Assembly: GCA_003336485.1 (NCBI GenBank)
Contig: QENH01000201.1
Coordinates: 10,704-74,703, forward strand
Direction: 5' to 3'
Source: Candidatus Methanophagales archaeon
GTDB lineage: Archaea; Halobacteriota; Syntropharchaeia; Alkanophagales; Methanospirareceae
Length of the DNA stretch: 64,000 nucleotides
Part shown: piece after piece, positions 29,401-39,129 of the stretch
Layout: every line of letters starts with the position of its first letter
Numbering within the stretch: the first letter of the stretch is position 1
Program-made: the position numbers and the translations under genes
Notes under the pieces: model-generated
What the model was told of the DNA's origin: nothing
Seen by the model: the letters and a program-made list of their open reading frames with translations, nothing else
The model's database searches: none

Positions 29401-32400
29401 AAGCAGGGAAGTGTTATGCCCTGCCTGAGCGGTTCCAGTCCCTACGTTCGTTACGTTATAGCATATTGTGCAGTTTTCTGGCCAGCAGACCCATATACCC
29501 GTTATCTTCAGGTCCGGCAGCGATGTTGCTACTTCTACCAACGGATGCCAATCACCACCTTGCTTTATATTCCCAGAAGAATTATAAGGCCGCATTGTAT
29601 CTCCAAGTCCATCTTCATTGTTGTCAACGCCTATGTAATCGCCCCAATAGTTACCACCCAACCAAGAACCGCCGATTATGTTCTCGCCGGAAGTCGACGT
29701 GGTGTTCCATTCGTTGGTTCCATCATCATATGCGTTATTCGTATTGTCAAAGTAGTTGTTGTAGATGCTGTTATCGTCTGAAGATGTTAGATTGACGCCG
29801 ATGCCATTATTAGTTACGATGTTACCCGCGATCATAACGTTGTCAGAAACGTTCACCCAGATACCATCAGCATTATCGGTAATCATGTTCTCGCTGACAT
29901 TGACACCAGTAGGGAAACCCGCACCAACCGGTCTACTCCTCGGAGGTAGCATTGCCGAGCTATAATCTCCGTCCGGAAGTGCAAGAGCAGTTGGCTGCGC
30001 TGCTGCAACTCCCTCATTTTCGATCACCGGCATATCGTCATCGTCTGCCTCTATGCCACTTGCAAGACCAGCCATCGTACCAGAGCCAGAGACAGAATCG
30101 AGCATAAAACCGTAGTCACAGTTGTTAACTATGGTATTGCCATGAATTGCGACATTTGTGAAGGAAAACACTTTGATGCCATGAGCCTGATTTGATGCAG
30201 TGTTTTCTGCAATGTAGTTATCTGAGATAATGGCACCTGATCCCGCACCCATATAAATTCCGCATCCAAGAGTGTCGCTAACACCATTATTTATCATTGT
30301 ATTTCCCATAATCTTCAAGTTCGAGGGTCCATACGCAGCGAATATACCATGATAGAAGTTATTGGATGCCGTGTTATTGCAAATCGTAATGTTACTGGTT
30401 GGCGAGTGGTAAACAAAAATGCCATGATAGCCGTTGTTATTCGCATCGTTATCACAAATCGTGGCGTTGCTACTTTGGTATACTAGGATTCCATGTGCCT
30501 CACACTCCGAAGCAATGTTATTGATAACGGTGTTGTTAGAAGATGCGCTATAAAGATATATACCATACGCATTCTGCCTTGCAATGTTATCAGTCATTAT
30601 CGCATTATTGGATGCCCATGATAGAAGTCCTGTCCCGACATCGGTAAGATTGTTGTAATTAACATTGTTCCCCGAGACTACACTATTATCGGAATGATAC
30701 AGACGTATACCCTCCCAACCATTATGATTTGCTGTGTTGCCGACCAGATAGTTGTAATCGGAATAGGTGATACATATACCCATATATATCTCATTGAATC
30801 TTGCTGAATTGTTGATCACATGATTGTTATCGGATTTATATAAATAAATACCATACCAACAGTTCGAATCCGCGGTATTGTCAATAATGGTGTTGCTATC
30901 TGCGAAATATAAAGAAATACCCCTATGGTTCTGTGTGCAGTTGTTATTCGAAATGCGGCAGTGGCTCACGCCTTTATTAAGATAAATCCCTGCCTTACCC
31001 TCCGTAGCGCCTCCCCGTATGGTAAACCCACTGATATTGACATGACCCATATAGATATCAAAGACATGGTCAGCTATATCTGCTGCACTCACAATACAGT
31101 TTGCAGACCCATTTGCCGACCGGATTGTTAACTGTTCGAGGACATCTACATTCTCAGTGTAAGTCCCATCATGCACGATTATCGTATCGCCTGCATTTGC
31201 ATTACTTACCGCAGATTGTATCGGCGTTGCACTCGGATTAACAGGGTCGGGCTCAATCCACCAGCCAATTTCATTGACATAAATAGTACGCGGTGGAACT
31301 TCTGGTTTCGTAAGCGGCAGAAGATCTATGTTATTTGTCGTTAAAATATAAGGGTCATCACAGATCCCATCGCCATCTGTATCGGTGCACATCTCCGAGA
31401 ATCCGGTGCCGGACGGTGTTGCCCAATAGTTCCCTCCCAGATATGAACCGCCAACAATGTTTGTTTCCAATGTTTTGGGAATGTTCCAGTCGTTCGCATA
31501 GACAGTTGTACCAGCAAAATTGATGTTCTTCGCATTGCAGAAATAGTTGTTATGAATTAGATTTGCACCTGCAGCTTTTATGTTTATTCCCCCGTCAACA
31601 TTGTTTCTTATGTACGAGTTATTGATTATTGTAGATGAACTGCTGTCGACATAGACCCCCGCAAAACTGTTAGTGCCAGACGCAATGTGTGTTAACTTGT
31701 TGGATGGGCTATGAAAAAGATAGATGCCGCATTGAGAGTTAGAATTCGTTTCTGTACTTTCCAGTGTGTTGAAGGAACAGTAGCAAACATAAATGCCTTG
31801 GTGATGGTTGTTGTTGCATTTAATATTCTGCAACTTGTTTGTGTCGGCATTGTCGAGGAGGACGCCACAGAAATTATTGGATGATACAATATCCGTTAGA
31901 TTTGTGTTGTCTGTATAAAATAGACGCAAACCGTTGTTCTTCAAGCTGTCCGAGCCTCGGATTGTAATGTTATTCAGTACAGAGTTATCGGCATTGCAGA
32001 GGTACAGAGCAGAAAACACCTGATCTTGTAGATTTACCGATTGATTGTAAAACGCAATTGGTCTGCCTCCGGAACCAGTTACATTTATCAGACGGTTGTT
32101 GCACTCAGACAGTGAATTTGGTCGAAAATAGAAGTCATAATGTGAATTCTCCTGCAGAATACAATCGCGTATTGTGTTTGCAGTGCTATAAAAAATCGTG
32201 ATTCCAGCATCGCGATTGGAATATGCCGTTATATTTTGTATTGTGTTATTGGACGCTTTAAATAGTTCGATACCATAGCGGAAACCAGTAATTTCGCAGT
32301 TCTTTAACGTATTATCGTCTGAGTCGCTTGATAGATAGATTCCAAAACCGGAGAAGTCGCCATCTCCAGAGATTATATGACCTCCGCCGTTAAAAGTTAT

Positions 32401-32616
32401 GCCATCCTTGCCATTGAACTCGATGCAGGTGCCGTCATGACCGATTATGTCTGCAGTGAGCATAACCTCGTCACCATAGCTTGCACTCTGTATCTTCGTG
32501 TTGCAGTCTGAGCAGTTGACGCAGGTCGTCAACGCATTTACTGAGGGTACCAATACCAGCATAAAAATGACGAGTGCCAATGCCATTCCCAATTTTATCC
32601 GTTCTTCTCTTCCCAT
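29008..32616 (-). CDS. giant secreted parallel beta-helix protein with CARDB-like domain and C-terminal type-I dockerin
   Basis: 1202 aa; signal peptide; dozens of PbH1-like rungs; C-terminus [19 protein letters not shown]...[17 protein letters not shown] is two dockerin-type Ca-binding repeats; ends NCSCSS. Confidence 0.75.
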   Translation of the reverse strand: MGREERIKLGMALALVIFMLVLVPSVNALTTCVNCSDCNTKIQSASYGDEVMLTADIIGHDGTCIEFNGKDGITFNGGGHIISGDGDFSGFGIYLSSDSDDNTLKNCEITGFRYGIELFKASNNTIQNITAYSNRDAGITIFYSTANTIRDCILQENSHYDFYFRPNSLSECNNRLINVTGSGGRPIAFYNQSVNLQDQVFSALYLCNADNSVLNNITIRGSDSLKNNGLRLFYTDNTNLTDIVSSNNFCGVLLDNADTNKLQNIKCNNNHHQGIYVCYCSFNTLESTETNSNSQCGIYLFHSPSNKLTHIASGTNSFAGVYVDSSSSTIINNSYIRNNVDGGINIKAAGANLIHNNYFCNAKNINFAGTTVYANDWNIPKTLETNIVGGSYLGGNYWATPSGTGFSEMCTDTDGDGICDDPYILTTNNIDLLPLTKPEVPPRTIYVNEIGWWIEPDPVNPSATPIQSAVSNANAGDTIIVHDGTYTENVDVLEQLTIRSANGSANCIVSAADIADHVFDIYMGHVNISGFTIRGGATEGKAGIYLNKGVSHCRISNNNCTQNHRGISLYFADSNTIIDNTADSNCWYGIYLYKSDNNHVINNSARFNEIYMGICITYSDYNYLVGNTANHNGWEGIRLYHSDNSVVSGNNVNYNNLTDVGTGLLSWASNNAIMTDNIARQNAYGIYLYSASSNNTVINNIASECEAHGILVYQSSNATICDNDANNNGYHGIFVYHSPTSNITICNNTASNNFYHGIFAAYGPSNLKIMGNTMINNGVSDTLGCGIYMGAGSGAIISDNYIAENTASNQAHGIKVFSFTNVAIHGNTIVNNCDYGFMLDSVSGSGTMAGLASGIEADDDDMPVIENEGVAAAQPTALALPDGDYSSAMLPPRSRPVGAGFPTGVNVSENMITDNADGIWVNVSDNVMIAGNIVTNNGIGVNLTSSDDNSIYNNYFDNTNNAYDDGTNEWNTTSTSGENIIGGSWLGGNYWGDYIGVDNNEDGLGDTMRPYNSSGNIKQGGDWHPLVEVATSLPDLKITGIWVCWPENCTICYNVTNVGTGTAQAGHNTSLLVDGTEVAYDCVTEALSHNESYIGCFDYMWVYTPLEDNITVCADCNNTVSESNEGNNFRTKKWICGDPNEDGSVDTTDVIAVWDCYTAGISLKNKWAADTALDNGIIDTNDVIAIWNNYVSGSVLNCSCSS

Positions 32617-32760
32617 TTTCTTTTCTTCCTTTTTACCACCTATATTTTTATCTTCTGATGTGCTGTTGCCGCATCATGCGTGCAATATCCTACTCTAACA
32701 GCAACAACTTCATTACTGCTTTTTTCATGAATACATTGTTTATTCCCCGCCTCTTTTTCT

Positions 32761-35472
32761 TTAACCTGAACATGAGCAATTCAGAACAGAACCACTTACA
32801 TAGTTATTCCAAATTGCTATAACGTCATTTGTATCTATCACGCCATTATCAAGTGCCGTGTCTGCAGCCCATTTGTTCTTTAAAGGGACGCCTGCAATGA
32901 AATAATCCCAAACGGCTATAACATCCGTTGTGTCAACGCTACCATCTTCATTCGGATCTCCGCATATCCACTTCTTGGTCCTGAAGTTATTGCCCTCATT
33001 ACTCTCACTCACAGTATTATTACAATCTGCGCATACGGTTATGTTATCCTCTAAAGGTGTGTACACCCACATATAATCGAAATATGCGATGTAGCTCTGG
33101 TTATGCTCAAGTGCTACAACTACACAATCGTATGCCCGCATAGTACCGTCAACAGATAGCGAAGTGTCATGCCCAGCCAGAGCGGTTCCAGTTCCTATGT
33201 TCGTTACGTTATAGCATATGGTGCAGTTATCGGGCCAGCAGACCCTTATGTCTGTTACCTTCAAGTCAGGCAGTAATACCGCTTCTTCCGTCAACGGATG
33301 CCTATCCCCTCCCGTTGTTATATTGCCCGACGAGTTATAAGGAAGCAGTGTATTTCCTAAGCCATCGCCATCGTTATCTACGCCCGCATAATCGGACCAA
33401 TAATTCCCGCCAAGATAATGACCGCCGATTATGTTCGTTCCCTCTCTTTTCGTAATGTTCCATGCGTTGTTGCCGTTATCATTAGCATTATTCGTGTTCT
33501 CGAAGTAGTTATTGTAAATCAGGTTATTGCCGCTCGAATCGTACAGGTAGATGCCAAATCCGTTGTTCGAGTTCGCAGTGTTGTCCGAGATGTTGTTGTA
33601 GTGCGACTCGGACAAGCCGATGCCAGCCCAGTTGCCCGATGCGGTAATATCGGAAACGTTGCTGTAATCAGCATAGCTGAGATAAATCCCTGCCTTAGCG
33701 TCTTCTGTTGCGCCCGTTACATGGAACCCGGATATATCCACATAATCCGCAGTCACCTCAAAGACATGATCATCAGAATCAGCAGCCTGAACAATTGTAT
33801 CCGCGTGATTACCTGATGTTGATCTTACGGTCAAAGACTTGTAAACAGCCACATTCTCTGTATAAGTCCCCGGATCTACAATAATTGTATGCCCATCCAA
33901 GGTATTGGGGTCATCTATTGCCGCTTGGATAGTTACGAAACTTTCGCTTGTGTTTATATTGTAAATCGGAGGTACTCTAGCCACTATTCTAGTACGTAGA
34001 CAAGCGTTCCAACCTTCGTCTGCCAGATCCGTCCACGAACCGCTATCAGTGTGCCTGATAAAGCTCACATTCGTCTGTATAGGAGGATCAACCACCCCTG
34101 AAAATTCACACTCAATAGGTATAGGGTGACCATAGCCCGGTGTGGTCATCTTAACGCCAACAGTAAATTGCTGACCAGCGTATATTGAAATCGAGTCGCT
34201 CAGTGGTATCGAGTAATAGCCAAACTCTTGACAGTTACCGATTTGATGCGCAAGCTCAGTACCAAAAAAGCCGTCCCAAATATATATTTCATACTGCGCA
34301 TTGTTGCTCGTGGTCCAGAAATCAACATGGGTTAAATCACCAAACTGAATTGCTGTATAGACACTTGCCATCCAAGCACTGTTGTCCCCATAGCCCACAG
34401 AAGCTACGAAGCCTGCCTCATCCCAGTAACGAAGTTCTTCATTCGGGTTGTCATCCGTATATTTAAGATATGCTATTTCATTGACACAACTTGAGTCATA
34501 AGCAAGATAGAAGAAACCATTATTCCCCCAACCTGTTCCCCAACTGTTTTTGGCTATCCAGGCTCCTATTCCTGCATGGCTGGGGTTGGGATGTGGAACA
34601 GCATCGTCCCAACCGATAATAGATACTAAGTGGTTAATGTTTCCAGAGCATGGATAGTTGTCGTAAATATACCCATAAGTCGAATTCCAGTATAGATAAC
34701 TTGGATCGTGCTGGTAAGCCACTATAACGGGTTCCTGATTATATACCGCATTTTTTATCGCGTCTATTTGTGACCCGTCATTCGTTACAAGTCTATATCC
34801 GTTAACTTTCTTAATTGGAGGGCAATCATCACATACACACGAGCCATCACAGTTCAATGCGTAGCCGCCGTAAGGATTGCATGTTTCCGAAACAGAACCT
34901 TTCCTGATAAAAACCTCGCTTGCAAGCCAACTCCAGCCACCTGCATTACAGGGGTCATCCGAGTCGTCATACATATAAACCCATGAACGGTCAACGCACA
35001 AGGCTACGCTCTGCTCAGAAAAATTGTATGCTGCTCCTTCATCCATTAGAACCGCCGATTCTAATACCGAGGTAGTGCCAAAAACCCAACAAGTCTCACA
35101 AGGGTCCTGGTCCTTGACCGTTGTCACCTTACCGTAATCGCGCCAGTCGAAGCTGCTGGGGAGTGCGTATGGCGCCGGCAACCCTTTAACTGGAAGCTGA
35201 TCCAGGTGACTTAAATCCACGGGTGGTGGAATATAGCCATAAAATGTCTCGGTTGGATTATCCCGATGTGCTTCAAAATCGGGATTTAGTGGAGCCAATT
35301 GAGGTTTTTCCGCTGCTCCGCCTCCATCTCGGCTATCGTCAGTAGCCGCGCTAATTCCAGCAGACAATGTTAGTGCACTTGTAACTACGGTCAGTATCAA
35401 TATTGCCGCTGTCAATATGGCTATTGGTTTTTTCATCGCATTCATATTCTCTACTATAAAACAATTGTGCAA
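32761..35472 (-). CDS. secreted papain-like (C1) cysteine peptidase fused to beta-helix, CARDB-like domain and C-terminal dockerin
   Basis: 903 aa; signal peptide/TM anchor; C1 active-site blocks [11 protein letters not shown] (Cys), [10 protein letters not shown] (His), [16 protein letters not shown] (Asn); C-terminal ~110 aa near-identical to gene B including the dockerin repeats. Confidence 0.75.
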   Translation of the reverse strand: MHNCFIVENMNAMKKPIAILTAAILILTVVTSALTLSAGISAATDDSRDGGGAAEKPQLAPLNPDFEAHRDNPTETFYGYIPPPVDLSHLDQLPVKGLPAPYALPSSFDWRDYGKVTTVKDQDPCETCWVFGTTSVLESAVLMDEGAAYNFSEQSVALCVDRSWVYMYDDSDDPCNAGGWSWLASEVFIRKGSVSETCNPYGGYALNCDGSCVCDDCPPIKKVNGYRLVTNDGSQIDAIKNAVYNQEPVIVAYQHDPSYLYWNSTYGYIYDNYPCSGNINHLVSIIGWDDAVPHPNPSHAGIGAWIAKNSWGTGWGNNGFFYLAYDSSCVNEIAYLKYTDDNPNEELRYWDEAGFVASVGYGDNSAWMASVYTAIQFGDLTHVDFWTTSNNAQYEIYIWDGFFGTELAHQIGNCQEFGYYSIPLSDSISIYAGQQFTVGVKMTTPGYGHPIPIECEFSGVVDPPIQTNVSFIRHTDSGSWTDLADEGWNACLRTRIVARVPPIYNINTSESFVTIQAAIDDPNTLDGHTIIVDPGTYTENVAVYKSLTVRSTSGNHADTIVQAADSDDHVFEVTADYVDISGFHVTGATEDAKAGIYLSYADYSNVSDITASGNWAGIGLSESHYNNISDNTANSNNGFGIYLYDSSGNNLIYNNYFENTNNANDNGNNAWNITKREGTNIIGGHYLGGNYWSDYAGVDNDGDGLGNTLLPYNSSGNITTGGDRHPLTEEAVLLPDLKVTDIRVCWPDNCTICYNVTNIGTGTALAGHDTSLSVDGTMRAYDCVVVALEHNQSYIAYFDYMWVYTPLEDNITVCADCNNTVSESNEGNNFRTKKWICGDPNEDGSVDTTDVIAVWDYFIAGVPLKNKWAADTALDNGVIDTNDVIAIWNNYVSGSVLNCSCSG

Positions 35473-35552
35473 ATCACCATATATTCTTTTGTTTTTTTTT
35501 CAGCAACTTCATGGATTTGCACCATGCAAGTGACATCGTTTTTCTTTTTTTT

Positions 35553-35590
35553 CTAAAAAATAACGCCGGGGCGAATGAACTCACCCCAAC
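35553..35590 (-). terminator. hairpin + oligo-T terminator-like element downstream of gene D
   Basis: On the - strand: GGGGTGAGTTCATTCGCCCC then GGCGTTATTTTTT; homologous to the element at 37501-37541. Confidence 0.5.
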
Positions 35591-35630
35591 TCTTTTTGCA
35601 CTTTGTTTTATATTTCACTTCATTGGCTGT

Positions 35631-37376
35631 TTACGAGGGCGCACAGAATTCCGGAACATTCTCTATCACATGATACACACCATCCGCATCGTAGTATTCC
35701 ACCATCCATAGTATTCCTTCCTCAGGAGGCGGTAGTGGCACGTAGGTCATATCCACCGCAAGCACGAAGAAGTCCGAACTCCAAGCGCTTCCGGAAGCTG
35801 GTATATCTCCCAACGTCACTTCTCCGTCCACGATGCCCACATTCGCCGGGGAATCGGTGATGGTTGCAGTTACGCCGTAAGCGTTACCGGGTCCCCAGTT
35901 CACGAAGTGAACATCCGTCCAGCTCCTGAATAGTGCCGGGAACGGGTCCCATTCATAGCTTGGGACATGGTATGCAGACCAGCGATATTCATCCGGGCAG
36001 AGATTCGCCTCGCCAACAATGACTTTCCATTCCTTAGTCACTTGGTTCGAGGTTATGGTGACCTCTTGGCTATTCACAAAACTCGCTTCGATAACATCCG
36101 TGCCAGGCAAGGTCCCTGTGTAGGTAAACGTTGCTTCTCCATTGACGTCAGTTGTATCTGTGTCTGTCTGCCCATCATGTGGACCTGAAACGATAGTGAA
36201 GGTCACTTCACGGTCCACGATCGGGTTCCCTAAGTCATCCTGCACCGTTGCGGTAACTGTATGCTCGCTGCCTACCGGATTGGTTGCAGAGGTTGGAGTT
36301 AACAGAATACCTTCTCCCACGACTGCTGTTGTAGACGCAAGGAACAGCGATGCAAAGAAGATGTTGTCGTCGTTCGATGGATTTATGGTATCAACGAATA
36401 TATTGGTATCTCCATCCGATACGAATGGTATGAGATTGTACAATTCGTCGTCATAACGGGGACTGGTACTATCACCATTTGCGTAAGGATCGGGTGGGTT
36501 GGCATTGCTATCTCCCACGCCTCCGACCGTCAGAAGTGCACCGTTGTTCGCTGATCCATCATCTTGACCACCGGCTGATGATGTCAAACGCACGCCATTA
36601 ACATCCACTTCGCTGTGTTGGCCATAATACGAGGAAGATTGGTAGCCAAATGATATCCCTAGAGACATATCGAGCACTAGGTTCGGGTCGCTCGTATCGA
36701 TCGGTTCAGCTAATCCAATTGCGAAAGTATCGCCCGCAACATCCTGCGCTCCGAAAAGAAGCACAATTGTGTTTTCGGTCGCCTGGTTCGGATCATCGAA
36801 GATTACCGCTAGGATTGAACCGTCAAGATTGATCGTTTCGATGATCTCAAGATCCACAATTCCCGCTGGTGCCGCATCAACGATGGGCGCTACGATTGCA
36901 GTCACATCAGACCATGCACTGTTTGCATTCACGGGATCATGGCTATCCCAGTTGACGTTGTTGCCGTTGATCTTTACGGCTCCGTCCGGCAATGGCCCGC
37001 CACAACTGCCCCAGACATCGGCTGCCGCCATATAGGCTGACCTAACCGTTGCTCCGGCTGGCTTTTCCACCTGGATAGTTCCAGCAGAGGTAAATGTGCC
37101 GAGGCCATCTATCGAGAGACTGATCAGTCCGGTTTCTGTAATCTCCGGATCGATTGAGCGCGTCGGTGTCGATAGTTTACTTGTAGCCATATCAGTTCCT
37201 GGTACATTTGGGTCCGCAGATGGTTTAGTGTCCTCCAATGACGAAGGTATCTTGCCAATAATATTCGATTTACTTGGGACCGCATATACCGGTGTAGCAA
37301 ATGCTGATAAAATCAACACAATTACTAAACAAATGCACGCACCTGTTACATAGCTTTTTCTTTCCATTTTTTTCAT
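35631..37376 (-). CDS. secreted Ig-like (Big) domain protein with the C-terminal module shared with gene A
   Basis: 581 aa; signal peptide; Big-like domain (VTATVQDDLGNPIVDREVTFTIVSGPHDG); C-terminal ~130 aa ~60% identical to the C-terminus of 25931-28882. Confidence 0.65.
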   Translation of the reverse strand: MKKMERKSYVTGACICLVIVLILSAFATPVYAVPSKSNIIGKIPSSLEDTKPSADPNVPGTDMATSKLSTPTRSIDPEITETGLISLSIDGLGTFTSAGTIQVEKPAGATVRSAYMAAADVWGSCGGPLPDGAVKINGNNVNWDSHDPVNANSAWSDVTAIVAPIVDAAPAGIVDLEIIETINLDGSILAVIFDDPNQATENTIVLLFGAQDVAGDTFAIGLAEPIDTSDPNLVLDMSLGISFGYQSSSYYGQHSEVDVNGVRLTSSAGGQDDGSANNGALLTVGGVGDSNANPPDPYANGDSTSPRYDDELYNLIPFVSDGDTNIFVDTINPSNDDNIFFASLFLASTTAVVGEGILLTPTSATNPVGSEHTVTATVQDDLGNPIVDREVTFTIVSGPHDGQTDTDTTDVNGEATFTYTGTLPGTDVIEASFVNSQEVTITSNQVTKEWKVIVGEANLCPDEYRWSAYHVPSYEWDPFPALFRSWTDVHFVNWGPGNAYGVTATITDSPANVGIVDGEVTLGDIPASGSAWSSDFFVLAVDMTYVPLPPPEEGILWMVEYYDADGVYHVIENVPEFCAPS

Positions 37377-37500
37377 TTCACCTCCTAATTTTTTGGGGTA
37401 TTTATATAGCGCCCCTCCTCGGCGCCCTCTCCCTATTTCTCAGCCATCTAATGGATTCGCACCATACAGATGACATCTTTTTCATTGCTTTTCGTTCTGG

Positions 37501-37541
37501 CAAAAAAAAATAACGCCAAGGCGAGTGAACTCACGCCTCCT
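37501..37541 (-). terminator. hairpin + T9 terminator-like element immediately after the 46-aa ORF
   Basis: On the - strand: GGCGTGAGTTCACTCGCC then TTGGCGTTATTTTTTTTT, ~35 nt after the peptide stop codon. Confidence 0.5.
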
Positions 37542-37564
37542 CGACGCTCTTATTTGGTCACCAT

Positions 37565-37705
37565 TCATCCTTCATTTCCTCCGCCTCCACAGCATAGATT
37601 AAAAAATGGGTCCATCTGCGGAATAGGCCCTTCATATTGACCATAAGCTCCGATTTCGATCGTTTCTGACTTGACCTCAGGCTTATTGTATTCTTCTCGT
37701 TTCAT
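37565..37705 (-). CDS. 46-aa candidate RiPP precursor peptide (MKREEYNKPEVKSETIEIGAYGQYEGPIPQMDPFFNLCCGGGGNEG)
   Basis: Unannotated short ORF. Its ATG overlaps the last 23 nt of the rSAM/SPASM gene. A canonical Shine-Dalgarno AAGGAGGTGA sits 12 nt upstream. Stop is followed by a hairpin + T-run. C-terminal Cys-Cys-Gly4 core-like segment. Confidence 0.45.
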   Translation of the reverse strand: MKREEYNKPEVKSETIEIGAYGQYEGPIPQMDPFFNLCCGGGGNEG

Positions 37706-38822
37706 CTTCTTTTTTTATCACCTCCTTTTGGTTTTTTGTAATACCGCCCGGCTCAAAGCCGGGACTCTGCATTACCGTGACTTGCGAAGATCCCCGCCAT
37801 TGTGCGTACCTACATGCGCTCGGCGATGCCCCCACTATATCGCCTGTTTCAAGATAAACCACACCGGGACATCTAATGCAGTACTGTGCCAAATCACACT
37901 TGGAACACACGGGTAAATCAGCGGAAGTTAAATTCCGCAATCGTTTCAACTCTTCGCTTGGCTGCATATGCCATATCTCTTTAAAACTCCTTTCTCTCAA
38001 ATTACCTACCGCCATAGGCATCATCACGCATGGACACACAATCCCGCTTGGTGATACGCTGCAAGCTGCGTTCCCAGCTTTGCATTTGAATCTATGCGCA
38101 GGATCTTTTTCGCCTATTTCTATTAGATAACTGAGATCAAAATCGTGTCTCGGCAGATATCTCTCCATGTCCTCAAAGGATAGGTCGTACTGTTGAGGTT
38201 CTAACGAGCCGTTCTTCATCGGCGCGATTCCTGCACTTATCCTGTGACGGACACCTAACTGTTCACACATAGCTTTGAGATCGTCGGATTCATGGATATT
38301 CAAATTCATAAGTGATGTTTTTACGGTAACTTCTATTCCCGCCTTGACCAGATCCTTGATAGCAGCAACGGTGCGTTCAAAAGAGCCCGCTACCCGAGTA
38401 ATGTGATCATGCGTTTTTGCTGTTGCGCCATAGAGACTGAGTTCAAACTTAATCAGCTTCAGCGTCCTTATTTCGTCCATCATTTCAGCGGTAATCAACG
38501 CGCCATTGGTCATAAACGTAAGGAAAAAGCCTTTTCTACTGGCATATCTCGCAATCTCAAACAAGTCATCACGAGTGAAAATCTCGCCACCTGTAAAGGA
38601 AAGGTAAAAGGTACCCATATCCACTAGTTGGTCTATTATGTCTTTAATCTCCTCTGACGACAATTCAACGTCATTATCATTTACCATATAACAATGCCTG
38701 CATTTTAGATTGCATTTACTTGTAAGTTCCATTTGAACAGCATAAGGTATATTTTCCCGAATGCAGGTCGCAACCAACTTTTTACCCAAACCCGTAGAGT
38801 ATTCAACGGTCATCGCCACCAC
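37683..38822 (-). CDS. radical SAM / SPASM-domain peptide-maturase-like enzyme
   Basis: 379 aa; CNLKCRHCY (CxxxCxxC) rSAM cluster near the N-terminus; C-terminal SPASM Cys constellation (CKAGNAACSVSPSGIVCPC...CSKCDLAQYCIRCPG). Confidence 0.85.
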   Translation of the reverse strand: MVAMTVEYSTGLGKKLVATCIRENIPYAVQMELTSKCNLKCRHCYMVNDNDVELSSEEIKDIIDQLVDMGTFYLSFTGGEIFTRDDLFEIARYASRKGFFLTFMTNGALITAEMMDEIRTLKLIKFELSLYGATAKTHDHITRVAGSFERTVAAIKDLVKAGIEVTVKTSLMNLNIHESDDLKAMCEQLGVRHRISAGIAPMKNGSLEPQQYDLSFEDMERYLPRHDFDLSYLIEIGEKDPAHRFKCKAGNAACSVSPSGIVCPCVMMPMAVGNLRERSFKEIWHMQPSEELKRLRNLTSADLPVCSKCDLAQYCIRCPGVVYLETGDIVGASPSACRYAQWRGSSQVTVMQSPGFEPGGITKNQKEVIKKEDETRRIQ

Positions 38823-39129
38823 CTTCTGCTTCTGTTTCTGCTTCGGCGTTTCTAATCTGCAAAATCTTTTTCGCTACCAGTTGCTCTGCAAATTCCTGTA
38901 CATCTGCCTGTGCTACTTCAAGACTTACATCAAAACGCTCACAAGTCAGCGATATTATTTCTTTTATCCTTCTTGTACCATCGGCTAATTCCCAGATAGC
39001 ACTTCCTACCTTGTTAAGCGTGTGAATCGCACGCCCATCTGCAGTTAGAATAACGACTCCATCGCCTATCTCTCGCCATACTAATTCATCCGACCTACGT
39101 AGGTAGCTATCTAACGGAAACATATTCAC
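38803..39129 (-). CDS. PqqD-family protein (RiPP recognition element)
   Basis: 108 aa; PqqD pattern (VILTADGRAIHTLNKVGSAIWELADGTRRIKEIISLTCERFDVSLEVAQADVQEFAEQL); overlaps the upstream kinase (ATGA) and the downstream rSAM gene by 20 nt. Confidence 0.7.
   Translation of the reverse strand: MNMFPLDSYLRRSDELVWREIGDGVVILTADGRAIHTLNKVGSAIWELADGTRRIKEIISLTCERFDVSLEVAQADVQEFAEQLVAKKILQIRNAEAETEAEGGGDDR

Noticed and set aside
37377-37560. Conserved upstream short ORF (MSSVWCESIRWLR / [13 protein letters not shown]) in the leaders of genes D and C
   Set aside because: All seven codon differences are nonsynonymous, so conservation is at the nucleotide/RNA-structure level, not peptide level; treated as leader RNA homology instead.
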